This document shows, piece by piece, positions 1 to 15,200 of a DNA stretch of 64,000 nt. The stretch's first letter is position 1, and every line of letters starts with the position of its first letter. Source of the DNA: Eledone cirrhosa (Eukaryota). The DNA is taken from contig OZ024742.1 of NCBI GenBank assembly GCA_964016885.1, positions 377,704,001-377,768,000 on the forward strand, given 5' to 3'. The notes under the pieces were generated by a model. That model saw only the letters and a program-made list of their open reading frames with translations, made no database searches and was not told the DNA's origin. A program made the position numbers and the translations under genes.

Positions 1-3000
1 ACCACACCACACCACACCACACTACACCATACCACACCATAACACACCACACCACACCACACCACACCACACCACACCACACCACACCACACCACACCAT
101 ACCACACCAGACCATAACACACCACACCACACCACACCACACCACACCACACCACACCACACCACACCATACTACACCATACCACACCACACCACACCAC
201 ACCACACCACACTACACCATACCACACGATACCACACCACACCACACCACACCATAGCACACCACACCACACCGTACCACACCACACCACACCATACCAT
301 ACCACACCACACCAAACCACACCATACCATACCACACCACACCATACCACACCACACCACACCATACCACACCACAGCACAACACACCACACCACACCAC
401 ACCATACCACACCACACCACACCATACCACACCACAACACACCACACCACAACACACCATACCACACCACACCACACCACACCACACCACAACACACCAC
501 ACCACACCATACCACACCACACCACACCACACCATACACACCACACCACACGATACCACACCACACCATACCATACCACACCACACCAAACCATACCACA
601 CCACACGATACCACACATTACCACATCACTCCACACCACACCACACCACATCATACCACACCACACCACACCACACCACACTATACCACATCACACCACA
701 CCATACCACACTACACTACACTACACCACACCACACCACACCACACCACACCACACTACACTAGACCACACCACAGCACACCACACTATACCACACGATA
801 ACACACCACACCACACCACACTACACCACACCACACCACACCACACTACACCACACCACACTACTCCATACCACACGATACCACACCACACCACACCACA
901 CCACACCATACCACACCACACCACACCACACCATACCACAGCACAGCACAGCACACCACACCATACCACACCACACCAAACTACACCACACCACAATATT
1001 CCACACCATACCATACCACACCACACCATACTATACCACACCACACTATACCACACCACACCATACCACACGACACCACACCACACCATACTACACCACA
1101 CCATACCACACCACACCACACCGTACCACATCACACCACACTACACCACACCACACCACACCACACCACACTACACTACCCTACACTACAACACATCCAC
1201 ACATACCACACTACACTAGACCACACCACACCACACCATACCACACGATACCACACTACACCACACCACACCACACCATACCACACCACACCACACCACA
1301 CCACACCATACCACACCACACCATACCACACCATACCACACCACACCACACCATACTACACCACACCATACCACACCACACCACACCACACCATACCACA
1401 TCACACCATACCACACCACACCGCACCACACCACACAATACCACACCACACCATGACACACCATACCACACCATACCACACCACACCATATCACACCATA
1501 CCACACCATACCACACAAACACCACACCACACCACACCACACCATACCACACCACACCATATCTCACCAGACCACACCATACACACCACACCACACGATA
1601 CCACACCACACCATACCATACTACGCCACACCAAACCATACCACACCACACGATACCACACATTACCACACCACTCCATACCACACCACATCATACTACA
1701 CCACACCATACCACACCACACCACAGCACACCACACCATACCACATGACACCACACCATACCACACTACACTACACTGCACCACACCACACCACACCACA
1801 CTACACTAGACCACACCACAGCACACCACACTATACCACACGATAACACACCACACCACACCACACTACACCACACCACACCACACCATACCACACGATA
1901 CCACACCACACCACACCACACCACACCACACCACACCACACGGCACCACACCACACCTTACCATACCACACACCATACCACACCACACCGCACCACACCA
2001 CACAATACCACACCACACCATGACACACCATACCACACCATACCACACCACACCATATCACACCATACCACACCATACCACACAAACACCACACCACACC
2101 ACATCACACCATACCACACCACACCACACCATACCATACCACACCACACCATACACACCACACCAAAGCACACCACACTATACCACACGATAACACACCA
2201 CACCACACTACACCACACCACACCACACCACACCACACCATACCACAGCACCCCACACCACACCATACGACAGCACACCACACTACACCACACCACACCA
2301 TTCTACACCATACCATACCACACCACACCATACTATACCACACCACATCACACCTCACCACACCATACTACACCACAGCATACCACACCACACCACACCA
2401 TACCACATCACACCACACTACACTACACCACACCACACCACACCACACTACACTACCATACACTACAACACATCCACACATACCACACTACACTATACCA
2501 CACCACACCACACCATACCACACGATACCACACCATACCACACCACACCTCACCACACTACACCATACAACACGATACCACACCACACCACACCACACCA
2601 TACCACACCACACCACACCACACCACACCATACCACAGCACACCACACCACACCATACGACAGCACACCACGCTACACCACACCACACCATTCTACACCA
2701 TACCATACCACACCACACCATACTATACCACACCACATCACACCACACCACACCATACTACACCACAGCATACCACACCACACCACACCATACCACATCA
2801 CACCACACTACACTACACCACACCACACCACACCACACTACACTACCATACACTACAACACATCAACACATACCACACTACACTATACCACACCACACCA
2901 CACCATACCACACGATACCACACCATACAACACCACACCTCACCACACCACACCACACCATACCACACCCCACCACACCACACCATACACACCACACCAC

Positions 3001-6000
3001 ACGATACCACACCACACCATACCACACCACACCAAAACACACCACACCACACCAACCACACCACACCACACCATACCACACCACACCACACCATACACAC
3101 CACACCACACCATACACACCACACCACACGATACCAGACCACACCATACCATACCACACCACACCAAACCATACCACACCACACGATACCACACATTACA
3201 ACACCACTCCACACCACACCACATCATACTACACCACACCATACCACACCACACCACATCATACCACATCACACCACACCATACCACACTACACTACACT
3301 ACACTACCCCACACCACACCACACTACACGAGACCACACCACAGCACACCACACTATACCACACGATAACACACATTACAACACCACTCCACACCACACC
3401 ACATCATACTACACCACACCACACCACACTACACCACAACACACCACACCACACCACACTACACCACACCACACTACACCATACCACACGATACCACACC
3501 ACACCACACCACACCACACCACACCACACCACACCACACCACACTACACCACAGCACACCACACCATACCACACCACACCACACAAAACCACACCATCCC
3601 ACACCACACCACACCACACCATACCACACCACACCACACCACACCATATCACAACCCACCACACCACACCATCCCACACCACACCACATCATACCACACC
3701 ACACGATAACACACCACACCATACCATACCACACCACACCAAACCATACCACACCACACGATACAACACCAAACCACACCACACCACACCATACCACACC
3801 ACTCCACACCATACCACACCACACCACACCATACATACCACACCACACGATACCACACCACATCATACCACACCACACCAAACCACACCACACCACACCA
3901 TACCACACCACACCACACCATACCACACCACACCACACCATACACACCACACCACACGATACCACACCACACCATACCATACCACACCACACCAAACCAT
4001 ACCACACCACACGATACCACACATTACCACACCACTCCACACCACACCACACCATACCACACCACACCACACTACACCACACCACACCATACCACATCAC
4101 ACCAGACCATACCACACTACACTACACTACACCACACCACACCACACCACACCATACCACAGCACACCACACCACACCATACGACAGCACACCACGCTAC
4201 ACCACACCACACCATTCTACACCATACCATACCACACCACACCATACTATACCACACCACATCACACCACACCACACCATACTACACCACAGCATACCAC
4301 ACCACACCACACCATACCACATCACACCACACTACACTACACCACACTACACCACACCACACTACACTACCATACACTACAACATATCAACACATACCAC
4401 ACTACACTATACCACACCACACCACACCATACCACACGATACCACACCATACAACACCACACCTCACCACACTACACCATACCACACCATACCACATCAC
4501 ACCACAACACACCACACCACACCATACCACACCACACCATACCACACCATACCACACCACACCACACCATACCACACCATACCACACCACACCACAAAAC
4601 ACCATACCATACCACACCACACCACAACACACCACACCACACGGCACCACACCACACCGCACCATTCCACACACCATACCACACCACACCGCACCACACC
4701 TCACAATACCACACAACACCATGACACACCATACCACACCATACCACACCACACCATATCACACCATACCACACCATACCACACAAACACCACACCACAC
4801 CACACCAAACCACACCACACTATATCACACCACACCACACCATACACACCACACCACACGATACCACACCACACCATACCATACCACACCACACCAAACC
4901 ATACCACACAACACGATACCACACATTACCACACCACTCCACACCACACCACATCATACTACACCACACCATACCACACCACACCACACCACACCACACC
5001 ACACCAAACCACACCACACCACACCATACCACACCCCACCACACCACACCATACACACCACACCACACGATACCACACCACACCATACCACACCACACCA
5101 AAACACACCACACCACACCAACCACACCACACCACACCATACCACACCACACCACACCATACACACCACACCACACCATACACACCACACCACACGATAC
5201 CAGACCACACCATACCATACCACACCACACCAAACCATACCACACCACACGATACCACACATTACAACACCACTCCACACCACACCACATCATACTACAC
5301 CACACCATACCACACCACACCACATCATACCACATCACACCACACCATACCACACTACACTACACTACACTACCCCACACCACACCACACTACACGAGAC
5401 CACACCACAGCACACCACACTATACCACACATTACCACACCACTCCATACCACACCACATCATACCACACCACACCACACCACACCACACCACACCACAC
5501 CATACCACACCATACCACATGACACCACACCATACCACACTACACTACACTGCACCACACCACACCACACCACACTACACTAGACCACACCACAGCACAC
5601 CACACTATACCACACGATAACACACCACACCACACTACACTAGACCACACCACACCACACCACACCATACCACACTACACCACACCACACCACACCACAC
5701 CACACCACACCACACCACACCATACCACACCACACCACACCACACCACATCACACCATACCACACCACACCACACCACACCATACCACAGCACACCACAC
5801 CACACCATACCACACCACACCATACACACCACACCACACCACACCATTCCACACCATACCATAACTACACCATACCACACGATACCACACCACACCACAC
5901 CACACCACACCACACCACACCATACCACACCACACCACACCACACCACACCACACCACACCCCACCACACTACACTACACTACACTACACCACGCCACAC

Positions 6001-7130
6001 TACACTACACTACACCACACCACACCACACTACACTACACTACACCACACCACACCACACTACACTACACTACACTACACTACACCACACCACACCGCAC
6101 CACACTACACTACACCACACCACACCACACTACACTACACTACACCACACCACACCACACCACACCACACCACACCACACCACACCACACTACACTACAC
6201 CACACCACACCACACCACACCACACCACACCACACTACACTACACCACACCACACCACACCACACCACACCACACCACACTACACTACACTACACTACAC
6301 CACACCACACCACACTACACTACACTACACTACACCACACCACACCACACCACACTACACTACACTACACTACACCACACCACACCACACCACACTACAC
6401 TACACTACACCACACCACACCACACCACACTACACTACACTACACCACACTACACCACACCACACCACACTACACTACACTACACTACACCACACCACAC
6501 CACACCACACTACACTACACTACACCACACTACACCACACCACACCACACCACACCACACTACACCACACCACACCACACTACACTACACTACACTACAC
6601 TACACTACACTACACTACACTACACTACACTACACTACACCACACCATACCACACCACACTACACTACACTACACTACACTACACTACACTACACTACAC
6701 TACACTACACTACACTACACTACACCACACCACACCACACCACACCACACCACACTACACTACACTACACTACACCACACCACACCACACCACACTACAC
6801 TACACTACACTACACCACACCACACCACACCACACTACACTACACTACACTACACCACACCACACCACACCACACTACACTACACTACACCACACTACAC
6901 CACACCACACCACACCACACCACACTACACCACACCACACCACACTACACTACACTACACTACACTACACTACACTACACTACACTACACTACACTACAC
7001 TACACCACACCACACCACACCACACTACACTACACTACACTACACCACACTACACCACACTACACCACACTACACTACACTACACTACACTACACTACAC
7101 TACACTACACCACACCACACCACACCATAC
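1..7130. repeat. Pentanucleotide satellite (CCACA)n/(TGTGG)n with CATAC, TACAC and CACGATAC variants; runs off the left edge
   Basis: Continuous 5-bp periodicity read directly. All VVWCG/HHTTP ORFs here are translation artefacts. Confidence 0.97.
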
Positions 7131-8583
7131 TATTTACCACATTCTTACTGTACACTGTATTAAAATTATGGGTAAAAGTTGTGAAATTGTAAAGTTTTCT
7201 TCACTAACTGAGCAGTCAATTTGGAATCCCTAGTATCGGAAGTGGTTTAAAAAACCGAAGACATTCACTTGGATAAGATACAGTAAATAGTACAAGAAAG
7301 CTTTCCAAAATATTTCAACTAACTATAATCAATAAATAGCTACTTCCGTATTTTCTTTGCCAAATTATTCGATCAGTGAATAAATTGAGTGAAAGTGCAA
7401 TTGTATGTTTTGATATGCCCACCCTCCTTCAATCGAATCTATTAAGAAATCGATTTCACAACATAATCAAATGGTTAGAATCGTTAGAAAGATGAAGAGA
7501 ATTTATGAGAACTCACACTCGGCCAAATATCTGCTGTTTCTGTGGAATGGTGAAATGGATGTTTCCATACAATTCCCTGTCACTACATCAAACACAGTCT
7601 TCAAATATCACTTTCTTCTAAACATTAGATTCGCTGTTGACTGATATAATACTATCAGAGAATTTACAGAGCCTGTTATAAAATACATGCTATGTTAGAA
7701 TATGCATGTAGCCAAACATTCATACTTACCTTGTGTTCTTTTATTTTTGTTGTTCTCTTCAAACCTCAAAGAAATCAGAAATACTTTCTAATCTTTACAA
7801 CTCAGTTGGAATATTCAAAAGACGTACGAAAACCTAAGGAATCAAAAGAGAAATACAAAATGACAAGTTCTGTAAAACATAATCTTAAAGGGAATTGGTT
7901 ACCCGCAGGTGTGAGCCTCAAGGGATGGAATGGCTCTTCCAACACATCTCCCTCACCATCCACCAGGGAACGCCTTCTTTATTCTGTCCTCCGGGGCAGC
8001 AGGGTGGCCAACACGTGGGCCCCCATTTGTACATAATAGAGAGATGACGAGAGCGAGAGACAGAGGCAGTGAGTGAAAGTATTTTATTCTTGTTTGGTGT
8101 AAGACCATGGAAACACTTTCTTCCTTTTAAAATTTTACCAGTAAATATTAGAAATTATTTATAATTCTTACAGAATGAAAATATAAACACATATTAAATA
8201 CAATTAATCTCAAAGGTAGCAGAGAAGCGCTCATGCCGTTTTTTTTTTATCACGTATGTAATACACAACTACATTAAACACAACCACAAGGATATGGTCC
8301 GAACGTAGAAGAACCGAACTCCCACTGTCATCGTCTCCATCTCTCTCACCCTCCTCATCTCTGTGTATGGTGAGAAAATGGGGTTCCACGTGCTGTACTC
8401 TCCGCAGCCCCGGTGGACAGAATGGAGAAGGCGTTTCCACGGAGGCTAGAAACATCCCAAATATTAGGTACAAAAATATATGATCAAAGAAACAATAATA
8501 TTTATTTTCAACGAATTAACAAACTCTATAGGAGTTCCGTCATTTCCGACGAGGAATTCTCTAACCTTTCGATTATCGGAACA

Positions 8584-8848
8584 GCCTGCTCATGAAATTA
8601 ACATGCAATTAGCTGAGCCCCCAACAGACATGTGTATCCTTAATTCCAAGAGAGATCCAGGGCGACAAAATATACAACAACGCTGGCCCCCTTTGAATTA
8701 CAGATAGAACGTAATGATGCTAGCTGAGTGGAGTGGAGCAACGTGAGATAAAGTGTCTTTAACAACGACACAATGAGCTATCGGGAATCGAACTTATAAC
8801 CTTACGATCATCAGCCTAACACCCTAACCATTAAACCACGCACCTTCA
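8584..8848 (-). mobile_element. tRNA-derived SINE, octopus OK/OR2-like
   Basis: Reverse-oriented tRNA-like head (GGGAATCGAAC B-box complement ... CCACGCACCTTCA) and body GCAACGTGAGATAAAGTGTCTT, shared with the copy at ~30885. Family name is from recall. Confidence 0.7.
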
Positions 8849-8877
8849 TTAATTAGCCAACACTTGAAGTAAATATT

Positions 8878-9064
8878 GTTCCTACTTTTGGCACAAGGCC
8901 AGCAATTATTCCAGTGTATTACTGGTACTTTATTTTATCGATGCCGTAAAGATGAAAGGCAAAGATAACCTCGACGGGATTTGAACCCAGATCATAAAGG
9001 ACCGTAATTCTATGCTGCAAAGCATGGCGTCCGACTCACTACTGTTTCCGCCAATCCACCGCCA
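8878..9064 (-). mobile_element. tRNA-derived SINE, octopus OR1-like
   Basis: Reverse complement of the family consensus seen at 19820, 21001, 31868 and 32331 (GAGTTCAAATCC B-box; GCCTTTCATCCTTACGGGGTCGATAAAATAAAGTACCAG core). Possible TSD TAAATATT at 8870-8877/9066-9073. Confidence 0.85.
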
Positions 9065-9203
9065 TTAAATATTAGATTGTTCGGGTTCCCAAGATTACTG
9101 AACAGAAATATTCTGAAATATAAAAATACAAATTGTTTCCCTTGTGTAAGGCAGGACACTTATTTTGTTTCTTTTATTTTTTAGTCTAATTATTTGACCA
9201 TTA

Positions 9204-9424
9204 CCGAGGCGGCATATTAGCAGTAATCGGTAGAGCATCAGATAACATGCTTTACGGCACAGAGTTACGTCCTTTTACATGCTGAGTTCAAATCCCACTG
9301 AGGTTAGCTTTGCTTTTCATCCTTACGAGGGTCGATAAAATAAAATATCAGTAATGTACTGGGGGTGATTTAATCTACTAACCTTTCTAGCAAAATTGTT
9401 GGCCTTGTGCCTAAATCAGAAACC
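9204..9424 (+). mobile_element. tRNA-derived SINE (OR1-like) with 15-bp target-site duplication
   Basis: B-box GAGTTCAAATCC and core TTTCATCCTT...GTCGATAAAA; flanked by ATTATTTGACCATTA at 9189-9203 and 9425-9439. Confidence 0.88.
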
Positions 9425-9734
9425 ATTATTTGACCATTAGCGCATAAGATTTGACTTTTATTAATATTTACATTAAAAACGAAAATTAAATAGGACATAT
9501 TTTGCAAAGTAGAAAGTTTAGATCTTCTCGGCTACATTTAGAGATGAGGCAGGCTGGTCATTTCCCCTGACTCTCAATGGGTTATCAATTTCGTTACCTA
9601 ACTTTGGTTAGCCATGTATGGACCTGTAGAACTCCTGATGGAATCGTAGGGGCCCCTCTCCGCTATGGAACACAGCCAATGTCTTCCAGTGAGGAAGATA
9701 GAAAGTAAAGAAGAGATATAGAGGAACAGTCTAC

Positions 9735-9875
9735 TCCCAGTAGTAGACTGGTACTTTTATCGATCTCGAAAGGATTAAAGGCAAAGTTGACCTCGGCAGG
9801 ATTTGAACTCAGAGAGCTCAGAGCGCCAGAACGAATACCACGTATTGAGGTTTTAACAACTCTGTTAATAATCCA
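9735..9875 (-). mobile_element. Degenerate OR1-like SINE fragment
   Basis: CTGGTACTTTTATCGA...AAAGGCAAAGTTGACCTCGGCAGGATTTGAACTC matches the family core in reverse. Confidence 0.75.
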
Positions 9876-10631
9876 TACATTAGTTAACTACAACAACCAA
9901 AACATATTTTAACAGAAAATCTTCGTTGCTACTAAATATCGAAACCCCTTCGCATGTGTAATATTATCAAGTCTGAGTTTCCTTGTTCTATAAGTAGCTG
10001 TTTCTTCGGAAGCTGATCTTACAATGTATATTCTAAACACCAGAACATACAAAGCTGATCTCCAGGAAAATTAATGAGTATTGCTATATCAGAGAGTATT
10101 CAAAACTGTTTGGTGATTCAAAGCAGAGTTTCGGTCTCAATGCTGAATAATTTATCCTTCAATTAAAAAATATTGATAATAATGCACTAGGGGTGTTGTT
10201 GTTATATATTACGCCAACCGTTCAATGAAACCAGTTATTGGTTCATATATCTATGATTTTAATGCGAGCTTATACTAGGCCTATAATTTCTACGTTACAC
10301 TGCTCCCTAGGACATAGACTATATACACTCTCCCATTAAAACTTATTCTTGTGTCTATTCAAAATAAATTATAGTAATTTTACTAGCTGCAAGGGTGCCT
10401 AATAATCGTCTTCCTTTATAATTTACAATTTATATGCGAATTTCCTAAAAATACAAGTAGCAACACACGTGATCGTGTAATGCCCATGTCTCTTTAAAGA
10501 ACTCTACTACCAAAAGTAGATATCGGAACAACGAAATAAAGTTTAGATAGTCAGCTTACATCCACTGTTAAATAATATCGATTAGAAGGGAGGAAAAGTG
10601 ATAGTGTATAATGCCAACCCTTACCTCCTTT

Positions 10632-11022
10632 CATAAATCTTGGGTAATGACCGAAAGAATACGATCGCGAATACAAGCGGCCGAAATAGGGTTCCTCCAA
10701 AGGGTCTTTGGAGTAACGTTACTCGATAGAGGGCGTAACTCGGAGATGAGAGAGTCACTCCAGGCAGAGCTGCTACTTCTCTGAATTGAGAGATCACAGC
10801 TCCGATACTATGGGTATGTGGTTAGAATGTCTCAGGAAAGAATCGCTGGACAGATTTTACAGGCAAAACCAACTGGGGTAGACTCTGAGCAAGATGGTTG
10901 GATAACATCCATGAGTTTGGCTGGTCTCGTTTGGGGATCCAGCCGGATCAGTTGGAGACGGTTGCTTCTACAGGACCCACTGGAAAGAATGCTTGAGGAC
11001 TCTGCTTGCACATCCCTCTCAG
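10632..11022 (+). mobile_element. 5'-truncated, decayed RTE-clade LINE 3' end
   Basis: Translates SWVMTERIRSRIQAAEIGFLQRVFGVTLLDRGRNSEMRESL...IERSQLRYYGYVVRM, a typical RTE C-terminus. Contains an internal stop; followed by a GAA tail. Confidence 0.85.
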
Positions 11023-11136
11023 AAAGAAGAAGAAGAAGAAGAAGAAGAAGAAGAAGAAGAAGAAGAAGAAGAAGAAGAAGAAGAAGAAGAAGAAGAAGAA
11101 GAAGAAGAAGAAGAAGAAGAAGAAGAAGAAGAAGAA
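11023..11136. repeat. (GAA)n microsatellite, tail of the RTE fragment
   Basis: Pure GAA run directly after the RTE 3' end. Confidence 0.95.
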
Positions 11137-11729
11137 TGTAATGCAGTTCCCGCCCTTAAATTATCAGCTTAAAACATTATTATTTCATATCTATATCAAA
11201 TATTTCCACTTATACACAATATTTAGCAATGTTTGTATTATTTATCAAATCTCTCCAACCAACAGGTGGGATGCAGTAATGATCAAACCAGGAACTGACT
11301 CCTGGTGAGAACTGTTGCACACTCAAAGAAAGGCGATTTCACCTGATGCCATCATTTAACTTTGGTGCATCTAGTTAAGCTAAATCTAACTTAAAGTGAA
11401 TTAAGACAGTTCCATGTGGATTCCGAGCCCTTCATAAATTGTATGTGGGTAAATCTGCGGGTCCCATCATATCTGAAATTGAAGAAATATTTACCAATCT
11501 TCCCTTCACAAATTCCCTGTGAGTAAATACTTTAGAAACCTCACTAGGAACAACTAGGGGCTACTGTAATGTTCTGTATTCCTTTTAATCGTCTTCTGTT
11601 TATCGATATCTATATAATTAAGGGGCGTAACTCTTCCTGGTGACGGGGTCTTCTCTGAAGATCTGCTGCTGCCCAGCTCCCCTGCGAGCCTCTTAACACT
11701 GGATGTCTGACAACATCCCTGCTGATATT

Positions 11730-11920
11730 AGGTGGGAAAGGGAGAGGGGAAAGTAGATTAAATCGACCCCAGTGCGTTACTGGCATTTTATTTTATCGAC
11801 TACGTAAGGATGAAAGGCAAAGCTAATCTCGGCGGCATTTGAACTCAGATGGTAAAGGGCCATAACTCTATGCTACAAAGAATGGTATCTGGCTCTACCG
11901 ACACTGCCAATCTACCACCC
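11730..11920 (-). mobile_element. OR1-like SINE
   Basis: AATCGACCCCAGTG...GGATGAAAGGCAAAG...ATTTGAACTC...CTGCCAATC is the reverse of the family consensus. Confidence 0.85.
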
Positions 11921-11929
11921 TCTGAAACG

Positions 11930-11978
<49 letters not shown>
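11930..11978. repeat. (TAA)n microsatellite
   Basis: Read directly. Confidence 0.95.
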
Positions 11979-11983
<5 letters not shown>

Positions 11984-12249
11984 GATATAAATAGATTGAC
12001 TTGGTAACCTTGCCACGGACAAATGTCTACATCAACAATTATGGGACTGCTGGCTCACCCCTTCCTCACCAACAATATAAAAAGCCCCGGCACCACCACC
12101 GACATAGCCAGCAGCAATAACAGCCAACTACAACAAAAAGTATATTATATTATTGTAATGCACTGGGTGATTGCTGGCCTGGAGTGGAGACAATTATTAA
12201 TAATTTCATTCTTAAGCCACGCAATGCTCACATTAAGGAACCACTCATG

Positions 12250-15200
12250 ATAATAACAATTTAAAAAAAACAACAAAAAGAAAACCCCGTGACCAAGAAA
12301 TACCGGGATGGCGGCCGGCGGGGAATAGCCATGTCTCTAGGGGAGAACGACCCCTCTAGTCTTGGTTGACACTCGTTCTAGAAGTGGTAACACGAAAAGA
12401 TTACCCCTTGGCGGATAAGGATAAAACGCGACAAAATAAAGTAGATGTCTAATGATGAAATCTCATACCGGATCGGCCGTCACCCGGGTAAAAAAGGGCC
12501 GCGTCCCTCAGAGAGGAACCAGACTGGGGTCGAAAAATCAGCTAATGGTTCAAACCTTCCCATCACTTCGGAGCTGGAGACCTCCCATAACCGGAATACT
12601 CCTACTGTTGGCCCTCCATGCTCACCACCAAGAAATCCAAAGAAAAAGAGAGAAAAATGGTCAAGGGAAGATAATAAAGAAGTCCTTGAGGCTTTCTACA
12701 CTGCCATGTACTACCCATCAAATACATCGAATACAGAGCAAACATATATCAACTGGAAAAAGAAACATCCCGAAAACAGAGGCTATATTGACAGTAACAA
12801 ACTAGCCAATATACGAAGAAATATTGTAAGAAAAAAGTTACTAACTGATATAGAAATTGATCAGATCAAGCTAGTAGCACAAAGTCAGCGAAGGGAAAAT
12901 GAAGCATGTGTCAGTGAAAACGAGGTAAACTGTAACACTTCGAATCCCAGAGTTGGGGCGGAATCACTGGCAACAGAACAAATTAAAGAAAGGAGCGAAA
13001 AAGTGGAGGGAGTGCATGCTCAGGATGAAACTCCAAATGAAAATAATGAGATCGTAAATGATAAAGAAATGAATGAGAATGAACTTGCCAACTTGAAGGA
13101 TGAAATTATGATCGAATGGATGAAAATGAAAGAATCTGACATGGGGGAACGAGACACCCTCCCTAAGATCCAGAACTCCAAACAGAACCAAAAGATAATA
13201 CACAAGACAAACATAATTCTCAAAAACATTATCATCACAAACAAACTAAGCATTACTGACTTAAATCATCTCTATTATGCATCGGCTAAAGTCACCACTC
13301 ACTTATGTGGAGTGAAGATGAAAAAACAAAGGAATTCCCACAAGAAATCTACTTGGCAAGATAACATCAATCGCCAAATAAACCTTCTCCGATCTGACAT
13401 AGAAATTTTAACAAACTATAAAGTAGGTGAACATGTTAAACAAACTAAACTTAGAAAATTGAAAAAAAAGTACAGTATAAGATCAACATGTGACATAGAC
13501 ATGCTGATAGAAACAATCAAGCAAAAAGTGTCGGCCAAAGCTGCTCGTATAAGGCGCTTTGAAAAACGATCTAGATTCTATAAGGACAATAATATGTTCA
13601 AAAACAACCAAAGAAACTTCTACAGAAAAATTGGTAAGTCAACAATAACTGCTAAATCAATACCACCCAAGGAGGAAGTGCAAGAATTCTGGGAAAAGAT
13701 CTGGGCCGAAGAAAAAGTTCATAACATACATGCCCCATGGATAGACAGACAAATGAAAGAAACAGCTCACCTTGAAGAACAAACATGGGAAAATATAACA
13801 GTTGAACAGCTGCGCTTGGCTCTAAGAAAAACCAGCAAATGGAAATCCCCAGGAAAAGACAAAATACAAAACTTTTGGATAAATGCCTTCACAGAGTCTC
13901 ATGAGCTGTTAGCCCAACTTTACAATGAAATAGTTAAGGAGCCAGAAAAGATACCATCATGGCTAGTTAACGGCATTACATTCCTGCTACCGAAGAATGA
14001 TGAGACAAACAATCCCAAAAATTACAGACCGATAACCTGCTTGACCACAATGTATAAAATTTTAACATCAGTCCTAACTGAATACACATATGACCACCTG
14101 ATAACAAATGACCTATTTCCCATTGAGCAGAAAGGGTGTAAACGAGGCTCATATGGCTGTAAGGATCAGCTTCTGGTTAACAAAATGATACTGGAAGATT
14201 GTCATAATAGACACAAAAATCTATCGATTGCTTGGATAGATTATAAAAAAGCATTTGATAGTTTGCCACACAGTTGGATTGAAAAATGTTTAGAGATTTT
14301 CAAAATATCCCCCGTTATCAGGAGGTTTTTGTCATTCAGTATGAGGACATGGAGAACGACACTCCTTTTGAATAGTGAAACAAAATCACTGGAAGCTGGA
14401 GAAGTTAACATTAATTGTGGAATTTTTCAGGGTGACTCTTTATCACCGCTTTTATTCTGCATCGCACTTATACCATTAAGTAAAATGCTCAATGAAACAA
14501 AACATGGATATAGAGTCTATGACAAAACCATTAATCACCTGTTCTACATGGATGACCTGAAACTATTTGCAAAAAATGATGAACAATTGCAAGGGCTATT
14601 ATCCACTGTGAAGCAGTTCAGTGATGACATTAAAATGGAGTTTGGACTGGATAAATGCGCCAAAGCAACGTTCACCAGAGGAAAGCTGCTGAAGAGTTCA
14701 GACATTAATCTTGATCGGGGGAACGTGATAAGAGAGCTTGATCAAGAACAAACTTACAAATATCTAGGTGTTTGTGAAGGAGACGGAATCAAGCACTCGA
14801 CAATGAGGGAAAGGATAAGGAAGGAATGTTACCGCAGAGTCAGAGCAATCTTAAGAACGGAATTGAATGCAAGGAATAGGATCGATGCCATAAACACGCT
14901 TGCCATACCAGTAGTAACCTACAGTTACAATGTCATCAACTGGTCAAGCACAGAGACCCGTAGGCTCGATACAAAAATCCGAAAATTCTTAACCATGCAC
15001 AGAATGCATCACCCTAAGGCAGACATAGATAGAATATATCTCCCTAGGAAAGAAGGAGGACGTGGGTTAATCCAGTTAGACATTGCGTTGAAAACTGCAA
15101 CAATTGGATTATCCACATATCTAAGGGAATCACATGATTGGATGATCAAACTCGTTTTGAAACACGAAAGCACCAAAAGATCATATTCCATTACAAAAGA

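Noticed and set aside
172-5970. Dozens of Cys/Trp/Val-rich or His/Thr/Pro-rich ORFs
   Set aside because: Translation of the (CCACA)n satellite in all frames; frame shifts freely with indels.
1-7130. Telomeric repeat
   Set aside because: The unit is not TTAGGG/CCCTAA, the usual molluscan telomere, and is heterogeneous.
10818-11308. Poly-Arg and poly-Lys ORFs
   Set aside because: Read-through of the (GAA)n tail.
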